A stretch of DNA of 64,000 nucleotides, taken from assembly GCF_006345805.1 (NCBI RefSeq), contig NC_043003.1:39122001-39186000 (forward strand). Direction: 5' to 3'. The notes below the pieces were generated by a model, which worked only from the letters and a program-made list of their open reading frames with translations, had not been told where the DNA came from and did not search any database. The translations under genes were made by a program, and so were the position numbers. The stretch comes from Octopus sinensis. Taxonomy: Eukaryota. Shown here in pieces: positions 1 through 12,419 of this stretch. The first letter of the stretch is position 1; every line of letters starts with the position of its first letter.

Positions 1-8
1 TGTATGTA

Positions 9-49
<41 letters not shown>

Positions 50-327
50 TATAACATATTATTATATATAAAACAAGCTCAACACACGTACCATTTTACA
101 TATACACGTATAAATACATTATCGCTATGTTTGTAGTAATGGCAAATGACAGATCTTCGGAAATGCCAATATTACTCAATACTATATTTAACAAAATCAT
201 GATCTGAAGATTCCTAGAATTTTAGAATGGATTAATTGTATTACTTCAAACTACAAACAAACCTTAAACAATAGGCATTTTTAATATCACTTTTAATATC
301 ACTTTCTCTTTTATACTGATGCAGATC

Positions 328-370
<43 letters not shown>

Positions 371-390
371 GACTATTTAAAGGATGTATT

Positions 391-590
391 CTTTTACTTG
401 TTTCAAGTCATTTGACTGTGGCCATGCTGGAGCACCGCCTTTAGTCGAGCGAATCGACCCCAGGACTTATTCTTTGTAAGCCTAGTACTTATACTATCGG
501 TCTCTTTTTGCCGAACCGCTAAGTTACGGGGACGTAAACACACCAGCATCGGTTGTTAAGCGATGTTGGTGGTGGTGGGGGGACAAACAC
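391..590 (-). mobile_element. tRNA-derived SINE family A, 3' half
   Basis: Matches the tail of the full copies at 54851-55243 and 31318-31700 (cttttacttgtttc...gccgaaccgctaagttacggggacgtaaacacaccagcatcggttg). Confidence 0.85.
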
Positions 591-671
591 ACATACATAT
601 ATACATACATAAAGAAGCCTGTCGTATACGGCGGCAAGCAGGCATAATTGTTAACACGCCGTACAAAAATG

Positions 672-835
672 CCTGGTAACATTTCATCCGTTCTGCAGTT
701 CAAATTCCTCAGACGTCGATTTTACCTCTTATCCTTTCGAGGCCGATAAAATAAGTACCAGTTGAACTCTGGAGGCGATATAATTGGCTGACCCTCTCCC
801 ATAAAATTTCACACCTATAGTACCTATAGTAGAAA
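672..835 (+). mobile_element. SINE family B (Meta-domain-like core), degenerate
   Basis: Contains gtcgattttacctcttatcctttcgaggccgataaaataagtaccagttg, a variant of the core repeated at 32140-32700, 42838-43245 and 49200-49640. Confidence 0.7.
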
Positions 836-1588
836 TAATTGACTTCGTAGAACAATGGCTAAACGTATTATATTTTTACACTGATCAAATAATGAAAGAA
901 GAATGATATCATTTTATGAATTTAGTACTTTAATGAACAGTTATCTTTTTCCTCAAATTGCATATTAAGAAATAGAAGTTGTGATTCTAGAGAAAATGCT
1001 TCCTTCCACCCTTTTTCCTTCTATGCAATCTCTTATTAAAACATATTTATTCGACTTACTACAAGCTATAATGTGTGAATTGATGAAACGATTTATTTCC
1101 TTATTTTATGTAGGTGTTCCTGAATTTTGTGTATCGTCAGGTTCATTGTTGTTCCTTGAACAGTACTGTAATTACTGTAGAGGGACAAACAAATTAGATG
1201 ATTACATATTCACAATTTTTCTTTTGTTAACTAAAAGTATTGTCGGCTTATCTGTAGTCTTATTTTCGGCAAGTAGTAGGCTTATCTGTAGTCTTATTTT
1301 AGAAATCTTTAGTATGAGCAAAAAATAATACTTTTTAAAAAATATATAAACATTTACGAAAGAATGAATGCATCAAATTGTCAATTAGCAGACACAAGTT
1401 CGGCTCCTCTCCTAATGCTTACTATCGATTCTTTTATGAGGTTTCTGTGTTTGCATCCATACTTAATTTTGAAAGAAAAACTAATGCATATTCAATCCTA
1501 TGTTAGTTCTCAATAGGTTTCGTGTAAACACTAACAATACTTTAAAGATTACACTTGAACTATTTCTTGTTAACAAATCACGATTCAG

Positions 1589-1684
1589 GAATTTAAGGAT
1601 CATGATTTTGAGAGTAAAGCTGTAAAACAAGATCTCTGGATTATTACAGCAGAAGAAGTCTCAAGCGACACAAAATTGCTGAAG
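1589..1684 (+). CDS. candidate exon of unidentified host gene
   Basis: cag|...AAG|gt, 96 nt, open phase-0 frame EFKDHDFESKAVKQDLWIITAEEVSSDTKLLK in non-repetitive DNA; no homology recognised. Confidence 0.3.
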
Positions 1685-2282
1685 GTTTTTTTTTGTTGAT
1701 AAAAAGTGACTGAGTGATGTTATTGAAAATTGACTGCCTATGTAGCAAATTAATCGGTTGAAAATGGTAGATAATGATTGATTGAAAGCAAATCATTTAT
1801 ATAAATTCCCTGAGGAAATCTGATTTATCTCATTTGAAGATATTTGTATACACTGATATTGTCATTGTCATGAAGATATTTGGTTGTTACACAAACTAGT
1901 TGAAAATATTTGCATGATATAAAAAAAATAGTTGAAAATATTTCTTATACAAATGAACTGAAAATATCTGTTCACTTAGCAAACATATGACACGTGTTTG
2001 CGAAACGACTGCCTTAAAATATTCACTATTATGTTGTCAATAATTATATTAATTATATTATAGAAATATATTTTATATATAAACAGATAATAATGTTCAT
2101 AAACGTACACACACATACACATGTATAGATACGAATACTTACATACACATGCATACATGCATGCATACATATATAATTATGTACATATTTGTATATATGT
2201 ATATATAAATGTATGTATAATGCTATCACTTATACACATATATATACACACACGCAGGTGATTGCATGTATTCTACTTATAT

Positions 2283-2339
<57 letters not shown>

Positions 2340-2512
2340 TATATATATTTTAAAATCTATTCGTTTTCCTTTTTAAACACTAATATTATAACACTTGTTA
2401 ATTTCTACACGATAAAGAATTATTATAATATAAACTTACAATAACAATAAAATATAAACAACAACAACAACTAAGTGGTTTTTCAGTTTTCTTTATTTTG
2501 ATTTTCTGTTAG

Positions 2513-2620
2513 AAATCTGACGAATGTCTTCATTATTGCATCAAGTTACATGTTTCACTCTTACAGATCAGAGCAAATGCTATGCAACTCATATCTCGAT
2601 ATTGATTCTATACATCAAGA
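2513..2620 (+). CDS. candidate exon of unidentified host gene
   Basis: Pyrimidine tract ttttgattttctgttag| and donor AAGA|gtaagt; 108 nt, open frame NLTNVFIIASSYMFHSYRSEQMLCNSYLDIDSIHQ; alternative acceptor at 2566. Confidence 0.35.
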
Positions 2621-3009
2621 GTAAGTATCGGTCAATAGACGAGTTCTTTTATATACGGCGATATAATTCAGTGCATTATCCCCGTGGTTAAGAAACCTAA
2701 GTATGTATTATCCCCAAGGTTAACACATTAAGCAGCCCAATCCCCATCGTTGTCAGTAGATATTACATAATGTCCTAATTCACGGTATAGTTTTCATGGC
2801 AAGACATTCAGCAATCCATCAATTTAATCAACATAATAATAAACGGATACTTCATGGACGTATAAGCGGATACGTATGTTAAACTGCCCTGTATTGTTTG
2901 AGTGGAGACTGATGTTGGTCTTTTGAAAACGTTAAGTATTTCTTCTTTAAATGGTGATTTAACACACTCCTTTTATTTTATTCCTTCATGAAACTACAAA
3001 CCATAACAG

Positions 3010-3091
3010 CATACTCTTATGTTACTCACTTAAGGAGTAACCTGGTTCAAAAGCAGCTGTCCTGTAACACTGATTGCCTTCTACTTGTGAG
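3010..3091 (+). other. candidate exon (coding or non-coding)
   Basis: cag| acceptor and strong donor GAG|gtgagt; one open frame YSYVTHLRSNLVQKQLSCNTDCLLLV; phase does not chain simply with the neighbouring candidates. Confidence 0.25.
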
Positions 3092-3300
3092 GTGAGTATC
3101 GTTAGAACTAGGACTGACTCGATTATATACCAAAATCTTCTATGCCACGAACTATGGTCTCTGACCCACAAAATCGAGTGGTAGAGCAGATTCAGATTTT
3201 CATAATTTCGAACGTCTGTTCCTATCCTGCGATGTTACTGGAAGAAACCTATTCCGTTTAAATAAAAAGATGTTTTAATGTTTTTCTTCAATCTCTTCAG

Positions 3301-3372
3301 ATAAAGAAAAAGAATCACAAAATAAAATGGAAATTTCAATGAGGAGGAGTCAAATATTAAATACCTTATGAA
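3301..3372 (+). other. candidate exon (coding or non-coding)
   Basis: Strong acceptor tttttcttcaatctcttcag| and donor GAA|gtgagt; the longest open frame ends in TGA just before the donor. Confidence 0.3.
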
Positions 3373-3537
3373 GTGAGTTCAGGTTAAAAGAAACTGTCAA
3401 GTTCTATGTTTGTGTAGAAGATTTAGTTCAGATTAAACCTTTTCACTTATTGGTGCCAACGTTATGTAGAATGTGATGAATGTCCTAGCTAATTGGACTG
3501 TATGGGTATGTTCACTTAGTGTCATATATATATATCA

Positions 3538-3932
3538 ACTAGCAGTATCGCCCGGCGTTGCTCGGTTGTAAGGGAAATAACTATATAAGCATTTTTAGAG
3601 AGTTATAGCCAAAAAATAGCAAAAAAATGCATTAAAAATTGAAAAAAAATTAAGGTAAATTTTTTTTTAAATCGTTGACACATCGTAGATATTTTTAGAG
3701 AGTTACTTCCCTTATATAAAAGCGAAAAAATGCATTAAAATGGAAAAATATGATGGTAAATTTTTTTAAAATCGTAGACTCATCGTAGACGCGCGCCAAT
3801 ACCCAGAAGGGCTCGATATAAATCACGACTATAAGATACCCGCTTTTGGTTAAACTGCACCGCAAAATGTGGGAGTAGTTACGAATCTAAATCGTAGGAG
3901 ACAGACACACAACTTCACTCTTATATAAAGAT
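3538..3932 (+). mobile_element. non-autonomous Helentron/HINE-like element
   Basis: Starts actagcagtatcgcccggcgttgctcgg, ends ttatataaagat, and has an internal ~100 bp tandem duplication; these termini resemble DINE/HINE-type elements. Confidence 0.55.
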
Positions 3933-4261
3933 GCTTTTTTTTTTCAGTCATAGAGTTAGATTTATGAAGGTCTTCAGTAGAAAATCCTTCGAATTCTGAC
4001 TCGCTGCTTGATATAATGAAATTCGTATCCATTTTATGTCAGAATTACAAATTTTGAAAACACAATAGGAACAAATTTCGGAAAAAAATCTCCCATAATT
4101 CACGGAATTAAAATTACACTTCGATTTTTGTACAAAACTGTATTTGAAGTGTTTACGAAGTATAATACGTGTTTTCACGAATGTACTAAAGAGATTTACT
4201 CTGATATTCTCATTTAAATATGAATAGGTAAATTCGGGCGGTTTGGTAACGAAAGGGTTAA
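3933..4261 (-). mobile_element. piggyBac-type 5' remnant
   Basis: Minus strand TTAA|CCCTTTCGTTACC terminus at 4261-4245; acidic N-terminal peptide MDTNFIISSSESEFEGFSTED from 4032; truncated at the Helentron-like element. Confidence 0.6.
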
Positions 4262-4469
4262 ACGGATGCATACATTTATTAATAACTATATATAAGTGCC
4301 GTCTGTTTATACATAAACACTGTTTCATACTTTCAGTTTAGTCTTCCTCAAATCACTCTGTCGCTATTTACTCTCTTCCAAGAACATTTTCACTCACTCT
4401 TATCTCTTAGCTTGCCATACATTTTACTCATATATCTATCAGCGTGATAGACAGAAACAAATATTACAT

Positions 4470-4810
4470 CGCCATCGCCATCGCCATCGCCATCGCCATC
4501 GCATTCTATTGTCTACCTGTCAACACACACACAGTCAATTAGTTTCACTTTATTCGTTGCACACTGTGTGTGTGCGTTTGCGTGTGCTGTAAACCAGACT
4601 AAGAAAAGCATTTGACATACACACCAGAATGTGAGTTTTCTGTAAATTTTGCTTAATTGGAGTTAAAATTTTAAAAACTGGACCTGGCATGACCCGATGC
4701 ATTCTACTCTTAAAAATGCTAGGTAAATTGTAATTGAAGAGATCCTATATTGTAGATTTCTATAACTGACAAAGGGAGGCAGATAAAATCTGCCTTTTAT
4801 AATAAGAGAT
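4470..4810 (+). mobile_element. Helentron/HINE-like right end
   Basis: Subterminal hairpin aggcagat-aaa-atctgcct (4777-4795) followed by tttataataagagat and (TA)n. Confidence 0.45.
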
Positions 4811-4811
4811 G

Positions 4812-4872
<61 letters not shown>

Positions 4873-5050
4873 CGGTTATACGCAATATAAAACCAAAACG
4901 AAAAACTTCAATTGTCAACAATAGTGACTGACAATGCAGGATGGCACCTACATTGCTAGAAATAATATATATATATATATATATGAAAGTTTCAGCTCAA
5001 AGCTGCGGCCATGCTGATGCACCGCCGTTATATATATATATATAAATATA

Positions 5051-5213
5051 ATACAAAATGGGACAAGAAAGCAAAACATCCGGACAGCTAGGTGATACAA
5101 AAAGGGATAACAAAACATCCAGATAGACGATACAAAGGAAACAAGAACAGGTCATTCGAAGCCCTCTGTCCTCAGTCAAGCACCAGATTATCATCGCAAT
5201 TTCGGCTGATGTG
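5051..5213 (-). mobile_element. PLE-like terminal repeat fragment (family also at 39092-39197 and 43700-43945)
   Basis: Three dispersed copies share acaaaatgggacaagaa...attcgaagcc...cagtcaag...gcaatttcggctgat, each abutting (TA)n; PLE assignment is inference. Confidence 0.5.
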
Positions 5214-5949
5214 TATAAACATACATTTTGTGGAACTGTGACATGACTAAAGGTGTATATGCAATTATGTATGTATGTATGTATGCACGTGTGTGTGTGT
5301 TCCGGGTAAAAACCTCGTAATGCGCGTTTAAGACCTCCTATTCTGTTGTGTGATCATTTAAAGCTGATGTGGAGTGCGTTATCACCATGATGACTAACAA
5401 GTTTTGATGAAAAGCGCGAGTATTTTAAATGCAAGTCTGTCAACACAACACAGCTTCCAAAAAACAAAAAAGGATTTTCATTATATCACAATATATATAG
5501 TTATTTTTATCACAATATAAGTAGTTATTTTCATAACTTTCGTTATATCACAATATATATAGTTATTTTTGTGGTTGTTTGTGTTTGTGTATATGCTGGT
5601 GTGTTTCGGTATGTTTTTCAACATAAAGACAACGCAACGTAACGCAGCTTCAGTTAAAAAGAAAAGAAGACTATTTAACACTATCTGTGTTGGTTGTTTG
5701 TGTGTGCGTGTGCGTCTGTGTATTTCTAAGGATTATTGTGGAAATGTACTGTATGGGCATTCTGGCATTTGGATTTGTGGTAGAATTTAAATGTGTGATA
5801 AAAGCGGTGGTTGCATGTGCTTAGTGCCTCGTTATGTTTATTTATGTTGCACTCCCTATTTTTAGGTCACTTTAAATAAAAACCTTTGACTCTGCAACAC
5901 TGTATATAAATTCTCTACTGCGAATGACCAAGTTTAAAAATCTGCAGGA

Positions 5950-6320
5950 TCTCACTCATAAGGGAATCTTACATTGTTTATAAACTCTATAATTAGAAGA
6001 ACCCATTTTAAACTCTGTTGGACTTTTGGAATTTACTCATAGGATATTGGAATATTGCATATATACCATTATGCCTAAACAATGGATTTACAACTTCAAT
6101 ATCCATACATACCTTGCATCTATTTTCTTTCCTCCACCTCACTCTCTACTTTGTATCACATCTAAACTAATTATGACTTAACCATCCTCTCACACCGTCT
6201 TCGATGAAGGGATATAATTAATAAATATCCTAGAAACAGCTGTAAGATCTTCTACCTATAAATGCTCTAATATTTAGACAGCCTTGGTTCTTTTATCTTA
6301 TTACGCAAAAAATTCTTATA
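5950..6320 (+). mobile_element. PLE-like terminal repeat with non-canonical hammerhead-like motif
   Basis: gtct-tcgatga-agggata...tatcct-a-GAAAC-agct-GTA-agat at 6197-6249; ends at a (CA)/(TA) tract. Confidence 0.45.
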
Positions 6321-6326
6321 CACACC

Positions 6327-6357
<31 letters not shown>

Positions 6358-6834
6358 GTATTATGTATATACGCACACGACGTGCTCAACACAGTTTCTG
6401 TCTGTTAAGTTCACTCTCAAGGTATTGGTCAGTCCGGGTATATCGTAGAGTATAGATATGAATCCGAAACTGTATTATTACATTTTAATTCGTCATTTTA
6501 ATATGTCATTATATGTTTTATTACCCCCAAATTTTTAATGTAACAAATTTATACCAAATTTTTACGAGTTTAAGCGTAAATTCAAGGTGTTATATATGCA
6601 ACATTGATTCTCTTATATATCTATATATTTTTATATGATGTTTATATATTTATATATTACTATATTTTTAAACGTCGGGCTTTATATCTGTTCTGTGGAT
6701 ATAAACGAATATATGAATATATATATGTGTGTTTGATCTTTCTGTGGATTTTATGGTGTTCTTGTAGCTGTTGCTCACATTGCCTCCCCTCGGATTAAAA
6801 AGTGTATACATTTATATATATACATTCATATATC

Positions 6835-6909
<75 letters not shown>

Positions 6910-7973
6910 CTCTCTCTATATATATATATATACATAAAATAAGATGAGCCATCAAAGCCAAGGCTGTGTGGAATTTTCAGGTCATTTATATGTATATATG
7001 TATATATATATACATATATATATATATGCATATATGTATATATATATGTAAATATGTGTATATACGTATAATATATATATATATTTATATTGTGTATATA
7101 GACATATATATATATATACATACGTGTATATATGTGTATGTATATATGTGGGTGTGGGGGGTGCGCGCACATGTGTATCGACTCACGTATTCTTTAAATA
7201 GACACTTATACAAACATACAAATGGTGAATGACCGAGAAGGTAAGTAACAAGTCTGTCAGCTGATTGCTTTTGAGCTCTAATTCACAGCAAGATTGCGTG
7301 TCCTTGATAAAAATACCTTGTGCAGTGTGCGTAACTGATAGAAAGGTGCGTCAAACATTTTAGGAAAATTGCAAATATCATGGGTTTTGGCTCGGCCGAC
7401 CTGTATATATATATATATATATATAAATATAGAGGTAAATAAAACCGTTTGTCCTGGCACGAATCACAGTATTATAAATGGCATCATTGAAATCGGTTTC
7501 GCAGACATACACAGAGAGACACATTCATATTTATACATGCATATATGTGAATGTGTATATATATATATATATATATATATTCACATAGAGAGAGAAAGAG
7601 GAGAGAGAGAGAGAGAGTAAAATTTATTTGCCAATGTAAAGTGGCAGCACTGATTAGGACTATGTTACTACCTTTTTTTTAACCCCAGGAAAACATCTCT
7701 TCTAGCGTCCTTATACCTTGAACAAGGGGGCTAACGTCCCCACTCAGCCTTAAACCGTACCTGCTGGCAATGGTTTCTGGGTTATTTCTCTTCCTCAGCA
7801 CAGAATAACTGCCTGGCTGAGATAGCGCTGCCAAACTCCCGTTCGAAAATATATAGTTTTCAAAGTGATACACAATCACTGATCTACTAAATAGAAACTT
7901 TATTATTTGTAAATCTCCCAACGAGAGGCATACAGGAACAGTATTTTAAAGTAAATATTATAACTATAATAAC

Positions 7974-8059
<86 letters not shown>

Positions 8060-8065
8060 CATTAT

Positions 8066-9055
8066 TTTTTTTTCTTCTTCTTTCAAATTTGCTTCCATTT
8101 CTTGCCGCGTATCTTCCTGACTCCTAGGGCAAAGAAACTCATAGTATACATTGGTAGGGCATTAAACTAAACTCAATAGTTCGTTCATTTTTTTTAAGTT
8201 AAATTAAAATACATGGGTAGTAATAGTTCTCACATCGACAATGCTCTTCTCAATACGTGTGATGTACCAGTTAAGACAATCTTTTGCACTTCTTGCAGGG
8301 ATGGTAAGCCAGGGATCATTCTCATATAATTTTCGGTTCCCTTCTTGATCATCCCTAGTGCTCCTACGATCATTGGTATTGTAACCGCCTTGAGATGCCA
8401 CATTTTCTCAATTTCAATGAGTAGGTCTTTATATTTTCTGAGCTTGTCAAACTCTTTCGCCAAGATATTATGATCGCAGGGGTTGCTCATGTCGATCAAT
8501 AAGCAAACTTTATTGTTTTGGTCTTTCACAACAATATCTGGTTTATTGGCTTTGATGGTTCGGTCTGTATGTACTGGAAAGTCCCACAGAATCGTTACAT
8601 TTTCTCCTTCAGTTACAGCTTCAGGGTGGTGATTATACCACTTGTCGGCAGTTTTGATATTGTAATGCCGACTTATTAGCCAGTGTAGATATTGGCCAAC
8701 TCTGTCATGTCTTAATTTATACTCCACTGGTGCTAAGACTTTACATCCAGAGATTAGGTGGTCCACTGTTTCAATCATGTCGTTGCAGAATCGGCATTTT
8801 GGGTCTGCTCCATTTTTCATCACATTGGCCTGGTAGTTCCGGGTAAATAGGCTTTGATCTTGAGCAGCCAGGATGAAACCTTCGCTCTCTGCTTTTAGCC
8901 CTGAGCTTCGTAGCCACTGATGGGTTTGCTTCTGGTCAACATGAGCTTTTTTGCTGCGGGCCACATATTTGCCGTGCAGGGGTTTCTCCTCCCACCTATC
9001 AGCCAATCGCTCGTGCGCTTTTTTCGTTGCCATTATTTTCACCTTCTTTGCAACA
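8066..9055 (-). mobile_element. 5'-truncated R4/Dong-clade non-LTR retrotransposon (family 2)
   Basis: CCHC finger CRFCNDMIETVDHLISGC, RHD motif, RLE motif KPDIVVKD...LIDMS...KLRKYKDL; flanked by (TAA)n/(TAG)n. Confidence 0.92.
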
Positions 9056-9099
9056 ATAGTTGCTGTACTTATTATTATTATTATTATTATCATAATTAT

Positions 9100-9152
<53 letters not shown>

Positions 9153-9159
9153 TTATTAT

Positions 9160-9530
9160 TATTTTAGTCGTCGCACAGTATACAATATCGTGAGGTTGTT
9201 GATTGAAGATATTATCTACCAGAGATTTGTACTGATTGTCTAGTTGCAACAAGGACCTCAGACAGACAGCACTTTACGCAATATTCGTGCAGTTCCAAGT
9301 AACGCCGACTTTTGCAATACATCTAGGTTGTAAGGTATCTCTAAGGCTTTCAGATGTTTTTTCCATATTGGGTGGTATTGAACCCAATGCTTCGAAAACA
9401 ATAGGGATAACCTTTATGTTTGACTCTCATAGTTGCCACATCTTAACGATCTCAATTATCAGGTTTCCATATTTATCAACTTTTAAGCCAGAAGCCATTA
9501 ATCATTGATGGTTAAGGGCTTTGTCAACAT
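9160..9530 (-). mobile_element. R4/Dong-clade 3' fragment (family 3)
   Basis: Manual translation with one stop and one frameshift: KVDKYGNLIIEIVKMWQL*ESNIKVIPIVFEALGSIP...HLKALEIPYNLDVLQKSALLGTARILRKVLSV*. Confidence 0.8.
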
Positions 9531-9546
9531 CGGCATTATTATTATT

Positions 9547-9646
9547 CAGTAGTTTTATTTTTATAGCGTGCTTTCACTTCACTACCGAGCGCTGCTCTGT
9601 GTGCCTTGGGTATGTGCTGTGATTTGTTGTGATGTTCTGATGGTTA
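9547..9646 (-). mobile_element. 3'UTR-only copy of the Dong family at 56138
   Basis: cagtagttttatttttatagcgtgctttcacttcactaccgagcgc...tctgatggtta nearly identical to 56138-56237; bounded by (TTA)n. Confidence 0.9.
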
Positions 9647-9649
9647 CTA

Positions 9650-9712
<63 letters not shown>

Positions 9713-9714
<2 letters not shown>

Positions 9715-11070
9715 CTTCGTAACACAGTGTAGGTAAAAATGCACCGGAATTTTTATTCATCGCTCCAGGTTGGTGGAGCTTAAAATTTTCATTTAATGCA
9801 AATAAGCACCGGTTTGGTGCTTATTTGCATTATCTATTTTATTCTAAGTTGTCAGTAGAAACGCCAGGAACCTGTTACTGGTTTTCTACGAGTGTTTAGC
9901 CCTCCTAGGGGCTATATTCGGCTCACCAAATAAGTTTGGTGGGCGTTTAATTTAATTTAAACAAGCACAACTCAACAAGATGGCGGAGCACATCTTAAAA
10001 GAGTTGAGAAAAGCAAAACAACTCCTCCCACGAATCTGGTGACTGCTGAAGATTTTCCTCCCATACCCTCCGTTACTGGCAACATTACAGGTAAAGGGGA
10101 GGCGAAAAAGGAAACTGTTACGATAGGAAGTCCAACTCATAATAACAACAGCAATAGCAGTGACAACAGCCGCAGCAGTGGTAGTGGTAGCAGCAATAAC
10201 AACGAAAGAGACTGCAACAGCAACAACGACAGCAAAAGTGACAACAGCAACAACAAAACCAGTACGACAACACCGACAAGAACAATGACAACAACAACAA
10301 CGGCAGCAGCAGCAGCAGTAATAACAACAAGAAAACGAGAACGTTATCAACAACAAAAACACGTTCGCAGCAGCAGCGAAAAAGAAGCAACGCTTTACCG
10401 TGGATCTTACAAACAGAGACGAGATGTTGACCCACGCTTAGAAACTGATTAAACAAGAAAAACCTTGGGCCAATCTAACTTTCCCGCCAGAGGCAATTGA
10501 AGCAATGGAGAAAAGAACGGTACTTTTCAGATGCACCTCAGCAGAGATGAAAAGAGCGGCCTTAATACCCCAAGTAGATACTGAGGCGGCGCTGAAGTGC
10601 ATCAGAGATGATATCGAGTACATAGCAAGGGGCAAACAATGCGGCACCATTTCGGTGCTGTTTAAATCAGAAACCCTCGCTATAAAACGTTCAATGACTC
10701 CTTGCAAAATTAGCAAAGTCATTATGTACCCCCCCCACCACAAAAGGAAACGTACAGGATGTGTCCCCATTCCTTGGATCCCACCAGGAATTAATATTTG
10801 GTGGCTTCTTGAATGCATTATCGTGGAGGGGACGGATAGTGTTCCAGCAGAGGTGATAAGAGCTACTAGGGAGGGCTGGTCCGGGATTGACCTGGAGATA
10901 CTTTCCCAGATCAGACCCGAAAACATAAAAAAGGCGGTATGACATTAACGGATGAACACTTGGATACTACGGACTGTTCTGTAACAATTCCAGGAATACG
11001 GTCTATGATCTTATGAAAGACGTGATTTGTGGAAACGCGCGTAGCAATGCATTAAAATAGCTATAAGTTC
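9713..11070 (+). mobile_element. 5' fragment (5'UTR + ORF1) of a second Tx1/L1-like family
   Basis: EYIARGKQCGTISVLFKSETLA aligns with EYISWGNKFGTVQVRFLNESLA of ORF1 at 15452; DFPPIP matches DFPSLP; ATG in aagATGGCGG at 9980; frameshifted; no ORF2. Confidence 0.7.
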
Positions 11071-11371
11071 CATGCATGAATTATTATTATTATGCTTTGC
11101 AAACAACGAGACATAATATAATAATAATAATAAAACAATAATAATGATAATAATAATTATATATATATGTATAATAATATATATATATATAATATATATA
11201 TATATATTATATATTATATATATATATTATATATATATATAATATATATACATATATATATATAATTTCAACAATGAGGGCAAAATTAATTAATTATTAA
11301 TCAATTTCACCAAGTGTCAGGATGCAAAGGGACCATTCAAGGCGAATTCAATTATTTACATTATATAAAAG

Positions 11372-11638
11372 GGCTTAGTAAAATAAATTACTTTGCCGCA
11401 TACTGAACTCATTAGAAATAGCAGCTAAAAGACTTTTTTAAAGCTATTTCTAATACTTAAAGAAAATCTCTCTCATATATAGTGTTTGCTTAATTCAACT
11501 CACTTTGTGAGTTGAATTAAGCAAACACTATATATGAGAGAGATTTTCTTTAAGTATTAGAAATAGCTTTAAAAAAGTCTTTTAGCTGCTATTTCTAATG
11601 AGTTCAGTATGCGGCAAAGTAATTTATTTTACTAAGCC
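11372..11638. repeat. perfect palindrome, 132 bp arms with 3 nt loop
   Basis: 11372-11503 is the exact reverse complement of 11507-11638; loop ttt at 11504-11506. Confidence 0.95.
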
Positions 11639-11704
<66 letters not shown>

Positions 11705-11712
11705 TATATATA

Positions 11713-11798
<86 letters not shown>

Positions 11799-11845
11799 TA
11801 TATATTATATAATATATATTAAGATATATATATATAATATATATA

Positions 11846-11902
<57 letters not shown>

Positions 11903-12239
11903 TAAAGGAAAGACGGAAGATGGGATGTATATATATATATATATATAGATAGATGGTGAGAGGGAGAGAGAGAAAGAGAGAGGGACAGACGCATTTGCGT
12001 GTCATTCATGACCATCTATCTGTCTAGACAGATGCTCGTGAAAGACACGCAAACGCATGAGGTGTTTCATTGCTTTTCTTATTTTTGTTTAGGCGTAAGC
12101 ACGGTTGTGAAGTACGATTTCTTTCAAATTACATGGTTTCAGGTTATGTCCTACTGCGTGGCACTATAGGCACGTGTTTATTACTATAACCGCGGGCGAG
12201 TTAAACTCTTGGTAGATGAACGCTGAAAAAAGCCTGTAG

Positions 12240-12271
<32 letters not shown>

Positions 12272-12419
12272 TGTATGTATGTATGTATGTATGTATGTAT
12301 GTATGTATGTATGTATGTATGTATGTAGTCAAATAGAATAAACGAACATTAAAATTAACAATGAGAATCAACAAGAGGACATGCACAAGTAGTTTGACGC
12401 TCGGTAAAAAGAGAGAGTT

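Noticed and set aside
7270-7405. Possible Tc1/mariner terminus TA-CAGGTCGGCC on the minus strand
   Set aside because: Single end only, with no transposase similarity or partner TIR
7679-7921. 80 aa minus-strand ORF ending before an A tract
   Set aside because: No recognisable motif; it may be a TE fragment or an exon but cannot be supported
8230-9252. 340 aa ORF as a single protein with a poly-Val/Ile segment
   Set aside because: It reads from the 3'UTR of one R4 fragment through a TAG/TAA microsatellite into another element; only ~8230-9052 is genuine coding sequence
11380-11470. ctaatga...gcaaa inside the palindrome as a hammerhead
   Set aside because: The core lacks G5 and GAAA, and the stems do not pair
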